Below, one piece after another: positions 29,932 through 38,070 of a stretch of 64,000 nt of DNA; the first letter of the stretch is position 1; each line of letters begins with the position of its first letter. The notes beneath the pieces are model-generated. The model searched no databases and had not been told where the DNA came from. It was given only the letters and a program-made list of their open reading frames with translations. A program made the position numbers and the translations under genes. Source of the stretch: an uncultured Bacillota bacterium (GTDB lineage: Bacteria; Sysuimicrobiota; Sysuimicrobiia; Sysuimicrobiales; Segetimicrobiaceae); assembly GCA_963804645.1 (NCBI GenBank), contig CAWDRG010000009.1:480001-544000 (forward strand), in the 5' to 3' direction.

Positions 29932-31100
29932 GGTGCCCCCTCCCGCGGTCGCGGAGCGGCGCGCAGCGGGAGCGCGAACGTCACCGTGGTGCCGCCCGAG
30001 GGACGGGAGGAGATGTCCAGCGTCCCCCCGAGTTCCTCGGCCCGCTCGCGCATGTGCTCCACCCCGAATCCGCTTCGGTGTCCGCCGCGGCCGGCGTCGA
30101 AGCCGACGCCGTCGTCCGTCACGCTGCACCTCACGGCATCCGCGGACCGATCGAGGGTCACGATCACATGGCCCGCGCGGGCGTGCCGTGCAACGTTCGT
30201 CAGTGCCTCCTGCAGGATTCGCCGGAACGCAAACTCCGAGACAGGTGACAGCGGGACCTCCGGCGTCCGGCTTTGGACCTCGGTGGTGATCTCCGTGTGG
30301 GTGGACAGCGCGGCCAGGTACTGTCGCGCGGTGGCCACCGCTTCGCCCGCCGATGGTCCCGGAGAGCGGAAACCGAGGACCAGCAGGCGGATCTCATCCA
30401 GGCCCTGCCGGAGGAGCTGCTTGATCTCCGCGAGCAGCGCGCCGGCGCGTTGTGGGTCCGTGGACAGCAACCGTTCGGCCAGTTCCAACGACTGTGTTCC
30501 CGCGGCCAGGATATGACCCACGCCGTCGTGGATCTCACGAGCGAGCCGGCCCCGTTCCTCTTCGATGAGCAGTTGCTCGCCGAGGCGCGCGACCTCCCGT
30601 CCGTGCGCCGCCTCCCGCCACGCCGCCCAGGCGGCCCCCACTCCGGCGAGCAGCAGGAAGAAGAGGCGGTAGACCACGATCCACGTCGCTTCGAACGTGG
30701 CCGGCCGGACAGCGAGCACGTACCCGAGGGTGACCCAGACGCTTAGCAATACCACGAGCCAGAGGTCAAGCGTCAGGGCGCCTTCGCCGAGAACGAAGAA
30801 GTAGGCGAGGAAGAAGTCCGAGGTCAGGCCTCCGAGAAGCCGGACTCCCGCACTCACCACGGTCGCATCGATAAAGAGGAAACCGTACTCGGCCCAGACC
30901 GGGACCTTCCCCCTCAGAACGATCACGCTGCGGACAAGAAGGTACAGCACGGCCACAGCCGCTAGCCGATAGAGAGAGCCGGGCCACGGGCCCAGCACCA
31001 TCCGCCAGGCGGCCAGGCCTCCCATGAGCACCCACGCCAGGAAGGTGACCGCCCACTGTCGGTGCGTCCAGACTCCCATGGGCCGTGGTTGGGGCGACAT
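29928..31100 (-). CDS. HisKA_3 membrane sensor histidine kinase
   Basis: EERGRLAREIHDGVGH, QEALTNVARHA, DDGVGF, GFG..MRERA; multi-TM N-terminus. Confidence 0.93.
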   Translation of the reverse strand: MSPQPRPMGVWTHRQWAVTFLAWVLMGGLAAWRMVLGPWPGSLYRLAAVAVLYLLVRSVIVLRGKVPVWAEYGFLFIDATVVSAGVRLLGGLTSDFFLAYFFVLGEGALTLDLWLVVLLSVWVTLGYVLAVRPATFEATWIVVYRLFFLLLAGVGAAWAAWREAAHGREVARLGEQLLIEEERGRLAREIHDGVGHILAAGTQSLELAERLLSTDPQRAGALLAEIKQLLRQGLDEIRLLVLGFRSPGPSAGEAVATARQYLAALSTHTEITTEVQSRTPEVPLSPVSEFAFRRILQEALTNVARHARAGHVIVTLDRSADAVRCSVTDDGVGFDAGRGGHRSGFGVEHMRERAEELGGTLDISSRPSGGTTVTFALPLRAAPRPREGAP

Positions 31101-31264
31101 CGAAGCGCCATTCGACACCCGGACAGGCCCCTCCCCCAGTGCCCGCGCGTGGAAGCCCGGCGGAAGACCTTCCAATGGAAGATGGCCGATGTAGTGATGC
31201 GCTTCGGAGCGGGCGCGCAATTGTCTCCGGAGCTGCCTAGGTCACGGAACACTCGTCAATTTCG

Positions 31265-31369
31265 GGCAAGGATGCTCCCTCTCCCGGCTCTTGCGCATCG
31301 TCTGCCGCACCCACGCGGGCACGTACCTGTTGACGAGCCTGTAGGGCGGGCCACCAGCGGCCGGACGTC
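31265..31369 (+). repeat. 105-bp direct repeat, copy 1
   Basis: 95/105 identical, ungapped, to 34218-34322. Confidence 0.9.
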
Positions 31370-31472
31370 CGGGACGATCCACCGCTAATCCTTTGGCTAT
31401 TGTCCCATCGAGGGACGTAGGCCGACGCGCATCGTGGTTCCCTCCTAGCAGCGATATCGGTACAATATGTGT

Positions 31473-31522
31473 ATACGTGCTATCCCGTAACATTGTCAAT
31501 ACGTGCTAACTCGGGGTATACT
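31473..31522 (+). promoter_or_regulatory. Promoter with ATACGTGCTA direct repeats; leaderless transcript
   Basis: TTGTCA(31493)-18 bp-TATACT(31517), ATG 6 nt later; ATACGTGCTA at 31473 and 31499. Confidence 0.6.
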
Positions 31523-31528
31523 CAGAGC

Positions 31529-31738
31529 ATGCGGAAGCAGAGGACGCTCGACCCGAAAGAACACGGTCGGCGCGCAGGGAAAGCGCGACTGGAAGCGATG
31601 ACGTCCGAGGATCGCAAGCGGGTTGCCCGACTTGGTGCCGCGGCGCGTTGGAAGGGACTATCCAGGGCCGAGCGGTCCGAGGCCGCGCGCAAGGCCGTCC
31701 AGGTGCGGTGGGCGAAGACGAACCGGTCCAAGTCTTGA
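31529..31738 (+). CDS. Small basic protein with tandem RxxxARxxxxxRW motifs (MGE-associated type)
   Basis: MTSEDRKRVARLGAAARWKG LSRAERSEAARKAVQVRW. Confidence 0.7.
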   Translation: MRKQRTLDPKEHGRRAGKARLEAMTSEDRKRVARLGAAARWKGLSRAERSEAARKAVQVRWAKTNRSKS

Positions 31739-31775
31739 AGGCCCGAACGCGTCTGCGACGGACGAGGGGGTGGGT

Positions 31776-32036
31776 ATGGGGAGGCTCAGACCGGCGACGC
31801 GTACGCAGATCGAAGAAGCGATTCCACTCGCGCTGATCCCCACGGTGGAGAATGTGGTCGACAACACGCGGGGATTCCTGAAGCGCTACGGCTACACGGC
31901 GACGCCCGACGAGGTGAAGCGGGTCCTGCGGGTGTTGCGGCGCAAGGAGCACTCGAGAGTCCCGTCACCGTCCTACACCGTGCGCCAAATGGACGCCTTG
32001 GTGCGGTTCCAGCGGGAGCGGCGGGCGCCGCGGTGA
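31776..32036 (+). CDS. Hypothetical protein
   Basis: 86-aa ORF with GAGGGGG RBS, follows 31529-31738. Confidence 0.5.
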   Translation: MGRLRPATRTQIEEAIPLALIPTVENVVDNTRGFLKRYGYTATPDEVKRVLRVLRRKEHSRVPSPSYTVRQMDALVRFQRERRAPR

Positions 32037-32171
32037 AGGGAGAGCGGTCGTGACGAACCCACGCAACCGAAGGTCGTGCGAGCTCGGTGGGCAAGGGTCA
32101 GAGCAAAGAGGGAGTCGCGTGGACGAGCGGCAAGCGGCTCATACTCCACCTGGGGAAGGGAGCATGGGTTC

Positions 32172-32435
32172 GTGCCAACTTACAAAACCAAACTCGTTCC
32201 AGCGTCGGAAGCGGAAACGCGGGTCGTCCGAGGAGACTCACATCCCCCAGTATTGAAGGGGCATGGAGGCATTTCGTATCTCTGCGGATCGTGCGGGGCG
32301 CTTATCATCCAAGAGATTACCCTCCTCGACGTCCAACGATACATGGATCTGCGTGTCGTCTTCAAGTGTCCCGCCTGCACTTCTTATAGCGAGATTGACT
32401 GGCTCCCGGTCGTTATCGAAAACCAGGCTTACTGA
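32172..32435 (+). CDS. Small zinc-ribbon protein
   Basis: YLCGSCG...FKCPAC; GTG start after GGAAGGGAG. Confidence 0.6.
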   Translation: MPTYKTKLVPASEAETRVVRGDSHPPVLKGHGGISYLCGSCGALIIQEITLLDVQRYMDLRVVFKCPACTSYSEIDWLPVVIENQAY

Positions 32436-32776
32436 ATCTGGATTCATCGAGCAGGTACTGCAGCATGACCCTGCCTCACGAAGTTCGCGACCCCGTCGCT
32501 GCAGCTCGTGTACTTTTGAACGCCGCGACCATGTGGGGCCGCGCGCAGACCTTCAACAAAGCCGAGGGCTGACGCCGATTACGGCGTTTGATGCCCCGCG
32601 ATACCGGGACAGCTAGAGGAAATCGCGCCCGCGTCCTTATACTGGGTCATGCAGGCGGACAGGATGACCGGATTGGCTGCCGGGTGATCTCCCGCCACCC
32701 TCACGATAAACCCGTTGTCCCCTGCTTCCGGTCCCGCCGCCGGCCTGAGCGCCGGCCAACGCGCCGGACCGGCGGG

Positions 32777-33784
32777 TTACGGCGTCACGATGATCGTCCC
32801 GCGCATGCCCTGGGGGACGTGCACCACGCACCAGTACGTGAACGTGCCCGGCGTCGTGAACGTTAGGCTGTACTCGGTCGGTCCGGGAGGATTGACGGGA
32901 AACAGGATACTGGAGTTATAGTAGGTGTTGCCCGTGTGCGTCGCGCCGCCCGCGGGGGCGAGGATCTTTGGATTGTAGTAGAATGCCGGCAATCCCCTGG
33001 GTGTGGGCTGCGGCGTAAGGAACGCCGGGATGTCGCCCGTGCCGGCAAACGTCACCGTGTGGATCTCGTCTGGATCCTTCATGACCCAGCGGACTGTGTC
33101 CCCGACCTTGACCGTGAGGTTGTCCGTGCCGAACCGGTACAGCGCGATCCGCTGACTCGCATCGCCCACCAGCGGAGCCGTGTAGGTCGTCCCGCTGGGT
33201 CCCGTGGACGCTGTCGCACGCGTCGCGGCGCGGAGCTTCGCGCCCGCCGCGAGCCCGCTCGCCCTCGCCGTCGCCGCGAGCGCGTCATACTGGTTTTGCG
33301 TTCTAGGGTACGGCGTTCCGGCGGGCTGCACGATCACCGTGCCGACCTGCACGGGATGCAGCAGGCACTGGTAGGTGTACGTGCCCGGCTTGGTGAACGT
33401 CACGCTCCAACTCTTGTTGTTGGGCCCGAACAAGCCCGAGTTCACGTACGCCGATCCCCCGTACGTATGCCCGCCATTCGGATAGGCGACAGCCGAGGGA
33501 AACTCCACCCGTCCATCCTTCTGCGGCGCGGCAAGATCCGGCGGCTTCGCGCCTGACATGAACGTCACCGTGTGATCCGCCAGGGCCGTGAGCGTAAAGT
33601 CGATGGTATCGCCCACGTTGACCGTAATCGTCCGTGGATAGAAGTCCAAGAGCTGTACCGCGTGGTCGGCCGAGTCCGCGCCGACTCCCACGTGCCACGT
33701 CTTGCCCGGAGCCGCTGCGCCGGATCCCACATAGACGGCCACGCTGAGCGCCGCCGCGAACGCCACCGCCCACCAACGTCCCAT
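32777..33784 (-). CDS. Secreted two-domain cupredoxin (blue copper) protein
   Basis: HTVTF...YQCLLHPVQ and HTVTF...YWCVVHVPQGM; signal peptide. Confidence 0.85.
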   Translation of the reverse strand: MGRWWAVAFAAALSVAVYVGSGAAAPGKTWHVGVGADSADHAVQLLDFYPRTITVNVGDTIDFTLTALADHTVTFMSGAKPPDLAAPQKDGRVEFPSAVAYPNGGHTYGGSAYVNSGLFGPNNKSWSVTFTKPGTYTYQCLLHPVQVGTVIVQPAGTPYPRTQNQYDALAATARASGLAAGAKLRAATRATASTGPSGTTYTAPLVGDASQRIALYRFGTDNLTVKVGDTVRWVMKDPDEIHTVTFAGTGDIPAFLTPQPTPRGLPAFYYNPKILAPAGGATHTGNTYYNSSILFPVNPPGPTEYSLTFTTPGTFTYWCVVHVPQGMRGTIIVTP

Positions 33785-33917
33785 CAACAGCCCCCAATCC
33801 CGGATGCGGTCCCGTTGCCCTGCGATCGCTACCTCGTAACGGCTCGTTACATTCTCGCGCGGTGGCGAAACCCCTGTTCCAGAGTTCCCGCCGGATTCAT
33901 GGGGTTTAGGCAATGAC

Positions 33918-33947
33918 GAACGCCCCGGCTGAATCGTCAGGGCGTTC
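33918..33947 (-). terminator. Hairpin following the tRNA 3' fragment
   Basis: GAACGCCC...GGGCGTTC stem. Confidence 0.45.
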
Positions 33948-33954
33948 TCTTCCC

Positions 33955-33974
33955 TGGTGCGCCGAGAGGAACTC
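33955..33974 (-). mobile_element. 3' end fragment of a different tRNA (att remnant)
   Basis: Minus strand GAGT-TCCTC-TCGGCGC-ACCA: T-loop end, T-stem, acceptor strand and CCA. Confidence 0.5.
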
Positions 33975-34062
33975 CTTATGGCACGGCGATCAGGGCCGCT
34001 AAAACGGCGGAAATACTTTTGACTCGGCAGGCGGCTGTCTCCAAACTCAATCTCATCGCGTC

Positions 34063-34171
34063 CTAGTGTCCTGAGTCAGAGATTCGCTAACATAGTCCGG
34101 TGAGATTCGTCAAGATTGTCAGTACCTCGGGGCTCAGACTTATGGAAGCAACTTTCGACTCAGGACACTAG
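34063..34171. mobile_element. MITE / internally deleted IS (IS5-like ends)
   Basis: Perfect 15-bp inverted repeat CTAGTGTCCTGAGTC...GACTCAGGACACTAG, CTAG at both ends, no ORF. Confidence 0.75.
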
Positions 34172-34217
34172 TTGGACATCTCCGAATCGCTACCGCGCGT
34201 TGCGAAACGGACTGAAT

Positions 34218-34322
34218 GGCAAGGACGCTCCTCCTCCGGGCGCTTGCGCACCGTCTGCCGCACCGACGCGGGCCCGCACCTGTTGGCGAGCCTGTAGGGC
34301 GGGCCACCAGCGGCCGGACGTC
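34218..34322 (+). repeat. 105-bp direct repeat, copy 2
   Basis: 95/105 identical to 31265-31369. Confidence 0.9.
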
Positions 34323-34448
34323 GGGGGCGGCCGGAGGAGGTAATTTCCGTGCGTCGCGTGAATGCGCGTCCCAGTAACTCGGCTGTAGTAAGCCGAGCGC
34401 GAGCGCGTGGGGATGTTTCTGCGGGGGCGCGAGGGAGGAAGAGCGCGT

Positions 34449-35354
34449 ATGCGGCGATTTCGGGCGGCTCTGGTTGCGGCGTTGCTCGCGTGTACACTGA
34501 CAGGGATCACACTCCCTGCCCCCGCGTTGACGCCATTTCCGTTCACCATTATCGACGCTCCGAATGCTGGTCCGAAAGGGACCCAGGTGGAGAGCATCAA
34601 CGATGCCGGGCAAATGGTGGGCGCCTTTACCGATGCGGGCGACAAAATTCACGGGTTCTTGCGCACCAGTACCGGCGCATTTGTCACCATTGACGTCCCC
34701 GGCGCGGCTTCAACCTACGCTGCCGGGATCAGCGATGCTGGGCGAATTGTGGGGGGCTTTGATGACGCGGGCGGTAAGAGCCACGGCTTCTTGCGCACCA
34801 CGACCGGCGCGCTCACGACCTTCGACGCCCCCGGCGCGAGCGGCACCCAAGGCTCCGGTATCAACAGCGCCGGGCAAATCGTGGGAGGCTTTTTCGGGCG
34901 CGACGGCAATCAACACGGTTTCTTGCGCACGGCCAGCGGTGCCTTTACCGTCATTGACGTCCACGGGGCGAGCGGGACCACCGCTACCAGCATCAACGAT
35001 GCCGGGCAAATCGTGGGATGGTATGCAGTGGGTCCGATGGGAAACAACATGAACCACGGCTTCTTGCGCGTCGCGACCGGCGTCCTTACTACCATCAACG
35101 TTACCTTTCCGGGCTCGTACGGCACCGAGGCCAACAGCATCAACGGCACCGGACTGATCGTGGGAGATTTTTTCGGCGCGGACGGCAGGCAACACGGCTT
35201 CTTGCGCACCGCGACCGGTGCCTTTGCTACCATCGACGCTCCAGGCCGGACCGATGTCGAGGTCACAGCCTCCAGCATCAACCACGCACGGCAGATTGTG
35301 GGATGGTTCGTTGAATCGTACGATCAGTATCACGGCTTCGTGACAGCACGATAG
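34449..35354 (+). CDS. Secreted HAF-like repeat protein (six repeats, probable beta-propeller)
   Basis: Six copies of F.TID.PGA..T....IN.AGQIVG.F....HGFLRT.TG; signal peptide; GGAGG RBS. Confidence 0.85.
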   Translation: MRRFRAALVAALLACTLTGITLPAPALTPFPFTIIDAPNAGPKGTQVESINDAGQMVGAFTDAGDKIHGFLRTSTGAFVTIDVPGAASTYAAGISDAGRIVGGFDDAGGKSHGFLRTTTGALTTFDAPGASGTQGSGINSAGQIVGGFFGRDGNQHGFLRTASGAFTVIDVHGASGTTATSINDAGQIVGWYAVGPMGNNMNHGFLRVATGVLTTINVTFPGSYGTEANSINGTGLIVGDFFGADGRQHGFLRTATGAFATIDAPGRTDVEVTASSINHARQIVGWFVESYDQYHGFVTAR

Positions 35355-35552
35355 GTCGTTCCGGTTCCGCTCGTCGCCGCTCATCGCACGATGGTGCGCT
35401 CCGTCCAACCACCGCGCGCCATGGGCTTATCGTTCATTTTGAACGCACCGGCAACCCTGTGGCGTCACTCCGGTACCGATTTCGTCTGAGCTGGTCCGTG
35501 AGGCAAGTCCTGTCCCCCCGGAGGAACCCAGGTGGATCTCAACAGACGGTGC

Positions 35553-36818
35553 TCACCCGCAGCCCGGAGTGCCAGCCGGCCACCCGGCATTGGTGTTGAC
35601 CCTTTCTTCGTGCCACGTCGGAGTGCCCACCTGTTGCCACCAATAGTCGAGGTCGCCGCACGCGTCGGTCGTGGTGATCACGACCGAGCCGCCGGCCAGC
35701 GTGATCGACCGCGGATCGTTCCACCCACTGTAATTACCGTTCCCGCCGTCAGGGTGCTGCAGATTCCATGAACCACTGCTAGCACCCGACAGCCACCAGT
35801 AGTCCAAATACGTTGGCGAGGTCGCCGAGTCAGTGGTATCGTCCGTGGCAACGATGACGGGGTTGCCTTTGGCCCAGGCGATCGATGGGCCACTGAACTC
35901 CCGGGTGCCGTTAGTGTTCACCTGCTGTTTGTGCCACGTCGCCGTCCCCGCGGCTTGCCACCAGTAGACGATGTCGCCAGGGCCCTGCATTGCGGCGATG
36001 ACCACCGCGCTGCCGGTCCACGCGATGGAAGGATATGCGCCCCCACCGGAGTCCACGACCTGGCGGTGCCAGGGCGCCGTCCCGGCCTGCTGCCAATAGT
36101 AGCAGAGGCCCGCGTTGCATGAGTCGGCGATGACGACCGACGTCCCCGTCCACGCGATCGATGGCTGGCTTGGGTGGGCGTTCCCATCTTGGGACGAGAC
36201 CAGCTGATGGTACCAAGTCGTCTGGCCTTTCTCTTGAAACCAGTAGTGCAGCCCGTTCTTGTCGATCGCGGCGATGACGACCGATTTGCCGGTCCACGCG
36301 ATACTCGGCACGGAGTAGCCTACGAGGTACGTGAAGGGCGGCGTTCCGCCGCCGAAGGAACAGCAGCCCGGCGGACCCGTGGCCACTGTCTGCTGGTTCC
36401 AGGTGGTGCCGCCGCTCGGCTGGTACCAGTAGAAGATGCCGCCATTTCTTTGGTCTCTGGCGGCAATAATGACCGAACTGCCGGTCCACGCGATCGCGTT
36501 TGACTGATAGCCGGTTGGCGTCACGGGGGTCCACCCGCTCGCGCTATTCGGACAATCGTTGCCTGACGCGACCTGCTGCTTCTGCCAGGTTCCAGTGCCG
36601 ACTTTCTGCCAGTAATAGAACAGGTTGCCGCCATCGGAACGCATGGGCGACGCCACGATCACCACCGATGCGCCGGTGTATGCGATCCCGCTGTTGAAGA
36701 TGGCATCATTGCAGGTAAACGCGCGAGCGGCGGGGCCGGGGTAGACGGTGACGCCCAGCGCGAATGCGATCGAGAACGCGGCACTCAGCCCACGACGAGC
36801 CCACGACATCTTGCTCAT
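35553..36818 (-). CDS. Secreted Trp-rich seven-repeat protein (probable 7-bladed beta-propeller, lectin-like)
   Basis: Seven copies of SIAWTG.SVVIAA...L.YWWQ..GT.TW..Q.V; signal peptide; GGAGG RBS. Confidence 0.8.
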   Translation of the reverse strand: MSKMSWARRGLSAAFSIAFALGVTVYPGPAARAFTCNDAIFNSGIAYTGASVVIVASPMRSDGGNLFYYWQKVGTGTWQKQQVASGNDCPNSASGWTPVTPTGYQSNAIAWTGSSVIIAARDQRNGGIFYWYQPSGGTTWNQQTVATGPPGCCSFGGGTPPFTYLVGYSVPSIAWTGKSVVIAAIDKNGLHYWFQEKGQTTWYHQLVSSQDGNAHPSQPSIAWTGTSVVIADSCNAGLCYYWQQAGTAPWHRQVVDSGGGAYPSIAWTGSAVVIAAMQGPGDIVYWWQAAGTATWHKQQVNTNGTREFSGPSIAWAKGNPVIVATDDTTDSATSPTYLDYWWLSGASSGSWNLQHPDGGNGNYSGWNDPRSITLAGGSVVITTTDACGDLDYWWQQVGTPTWHEERVNTNAGWPAGTPGCG

Positions 36819-36929
36819 GCCAGGCCTCCCAGTTGAGCTGACATGGTCCAGCCGACCGCAGAATCACGCCCGACGTGTGCGAAGGGCGTTGTCCAACGAA
36901 AGGATTTTCTAGCTGTTTGAGCCGTCCCC

Positions 36930-37273
36930 TTTTCGTGTGCACATCGGGAGCCTGGCTTGACGGCCTGGGCACGCCTGCGCCTATTTTCCCCACTCGGCAT
37001 CTCTTGATCCGCGGGCCTTATCGATACGTCCGAAACCCGATCTATCTGGCAGGCGTTTCAATCATTCTGGGCCAGGCCGGGATCCTCGGGAACTTGAATC
37101 TCATAGCGTATGCACTGTTGGTATGGCTGGGGATACATGCGTTCGCGATTCTGTACGAAGAACCCACGCTTCGGGAGTCGTTCGGTGCTCAGTACGATGG
37201 GTATTGCGCGGCCGTTCCCCGGTGGGTGCCTCGGCGACCGGCGCTGAGGTTGGGCGCCGGAAGCGGTCGATGA
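36930..37273 (+). pseudogene. 5'-truncated isoprenylcysteine carboxyl methyltransferase/PEMT family gene
   Basis: GTPAP..P...L...GPYRYVRNPIY, YEEPTL..SFG..Y..Y...VPRW; N-terminal TM part absent. Confidence 0.75.
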
Positions 37274-37307
37274 AACCGCATCGGGTTCGGCGCGATCACC
37301 GGGTCGG

Positions 37308-38063
37308 TCAATCGACCCGGTAGTCCCACAGCTTCAACGGGAACTGGTTGGGCAGCACGACGATGTCATCGACCCGCACGCGGTCGGGGAGCGCGGCCAG
37401 GAACAGCACCGCATGCGCCACGTCCTCCGGCCGCATCATCGCGGCCCGCGTCTCCGCGGGGAGCGGCACCAGCTTCTTGTCCCAGATCGTCGTGTCGGTC
37501 GGGCCCGGGTTCACCATGCAGACCCGGATGCCGTACTGATGGTTTTCCGCCAGCAGCGCCTGGGTCAGGCCCACGACGCCGAACTTGCCGGCGCCGTAGG
37601 GCGCGACGAGCGGAGCCGCTTTCATCCCCGTGATGGATGCGACGTTGATGATCGTCCCTTTCCGCCGCGTCCGCATGCCCGGGAGGACCGCGCGGCAGCA
37701 CAGGAATGTGCCGCGCAGATTGACGTTCACAATGCGGTCCCACTCGGCGATGTCGTAGTCCGCCACCTCGCTCGGCGCCACCGTGCCCACCCCGGCGTTG
37801 TTCACCAGGATGTCGATGCGGCCGAACGTCTTGACCGTGTCCAGCACCGCCGCGTCCACTTGGGACGGATCGGCCACGTCGCAGCGCAGGGCCAGCGCCT
37901 CACCACCGGCCGCGCGGATCTGGTCCGCCATCCCGGACACGTCCGGAAGCGTACGGGAGCACGCGGCCACCCGCGCGCCCGCCCCGGCCAGCGCCAGTGC
38001 CACCGCCCGGCCGATTCCGCGGCCGCCGCCGGTGACGAGGGCGACATCCCCCGGCCGGATCAC
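37308..38063 (-). CDS. SDR family oxidoreductase
   Basis: TGGGRGIG, NNAG, YGAGK. Confidence 0.92.
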   Translation of the reverse strand: MIRPGDVALVTGGGRGIGRAVALALAGAGARVAACSRTLPDVSGMADQIRAAGGEALALRCDVADPSQVDAAVLDTVKTFGRIDILVNNAGVGTVAPSEVADYDIAEWDRIVNVNLRGTFLCCRAVLPGMRTRRKGTIINVASITGMKAAPLVAPYGAGKFGVVGLTQALLAENHQYGIRVCMVNPGPTDTTIWDKKLVPLPAETRAAMMRPEDVAHAVLFLAALPDRVRVDDIVVLPNQFPLKLWDYRVD

Positions 38064-38070
38064 GCGCGCG

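Noticed and set aside
2474..34322. Integrase or recombinase gene for the att modules
   Set aside because: No tyrosine (RHR..Y) or serine recombinase motifs were recognised in the ORF track; a heavily decayed fragment could have been missed.
31265..34322. Diversity-generating retroelement TR/VR pair
   Set aside because: Mismatches between the 105-bp repeats are not adenine-specific, neither copy lies in a gene 3' end, and no reverse transcriptase is present.
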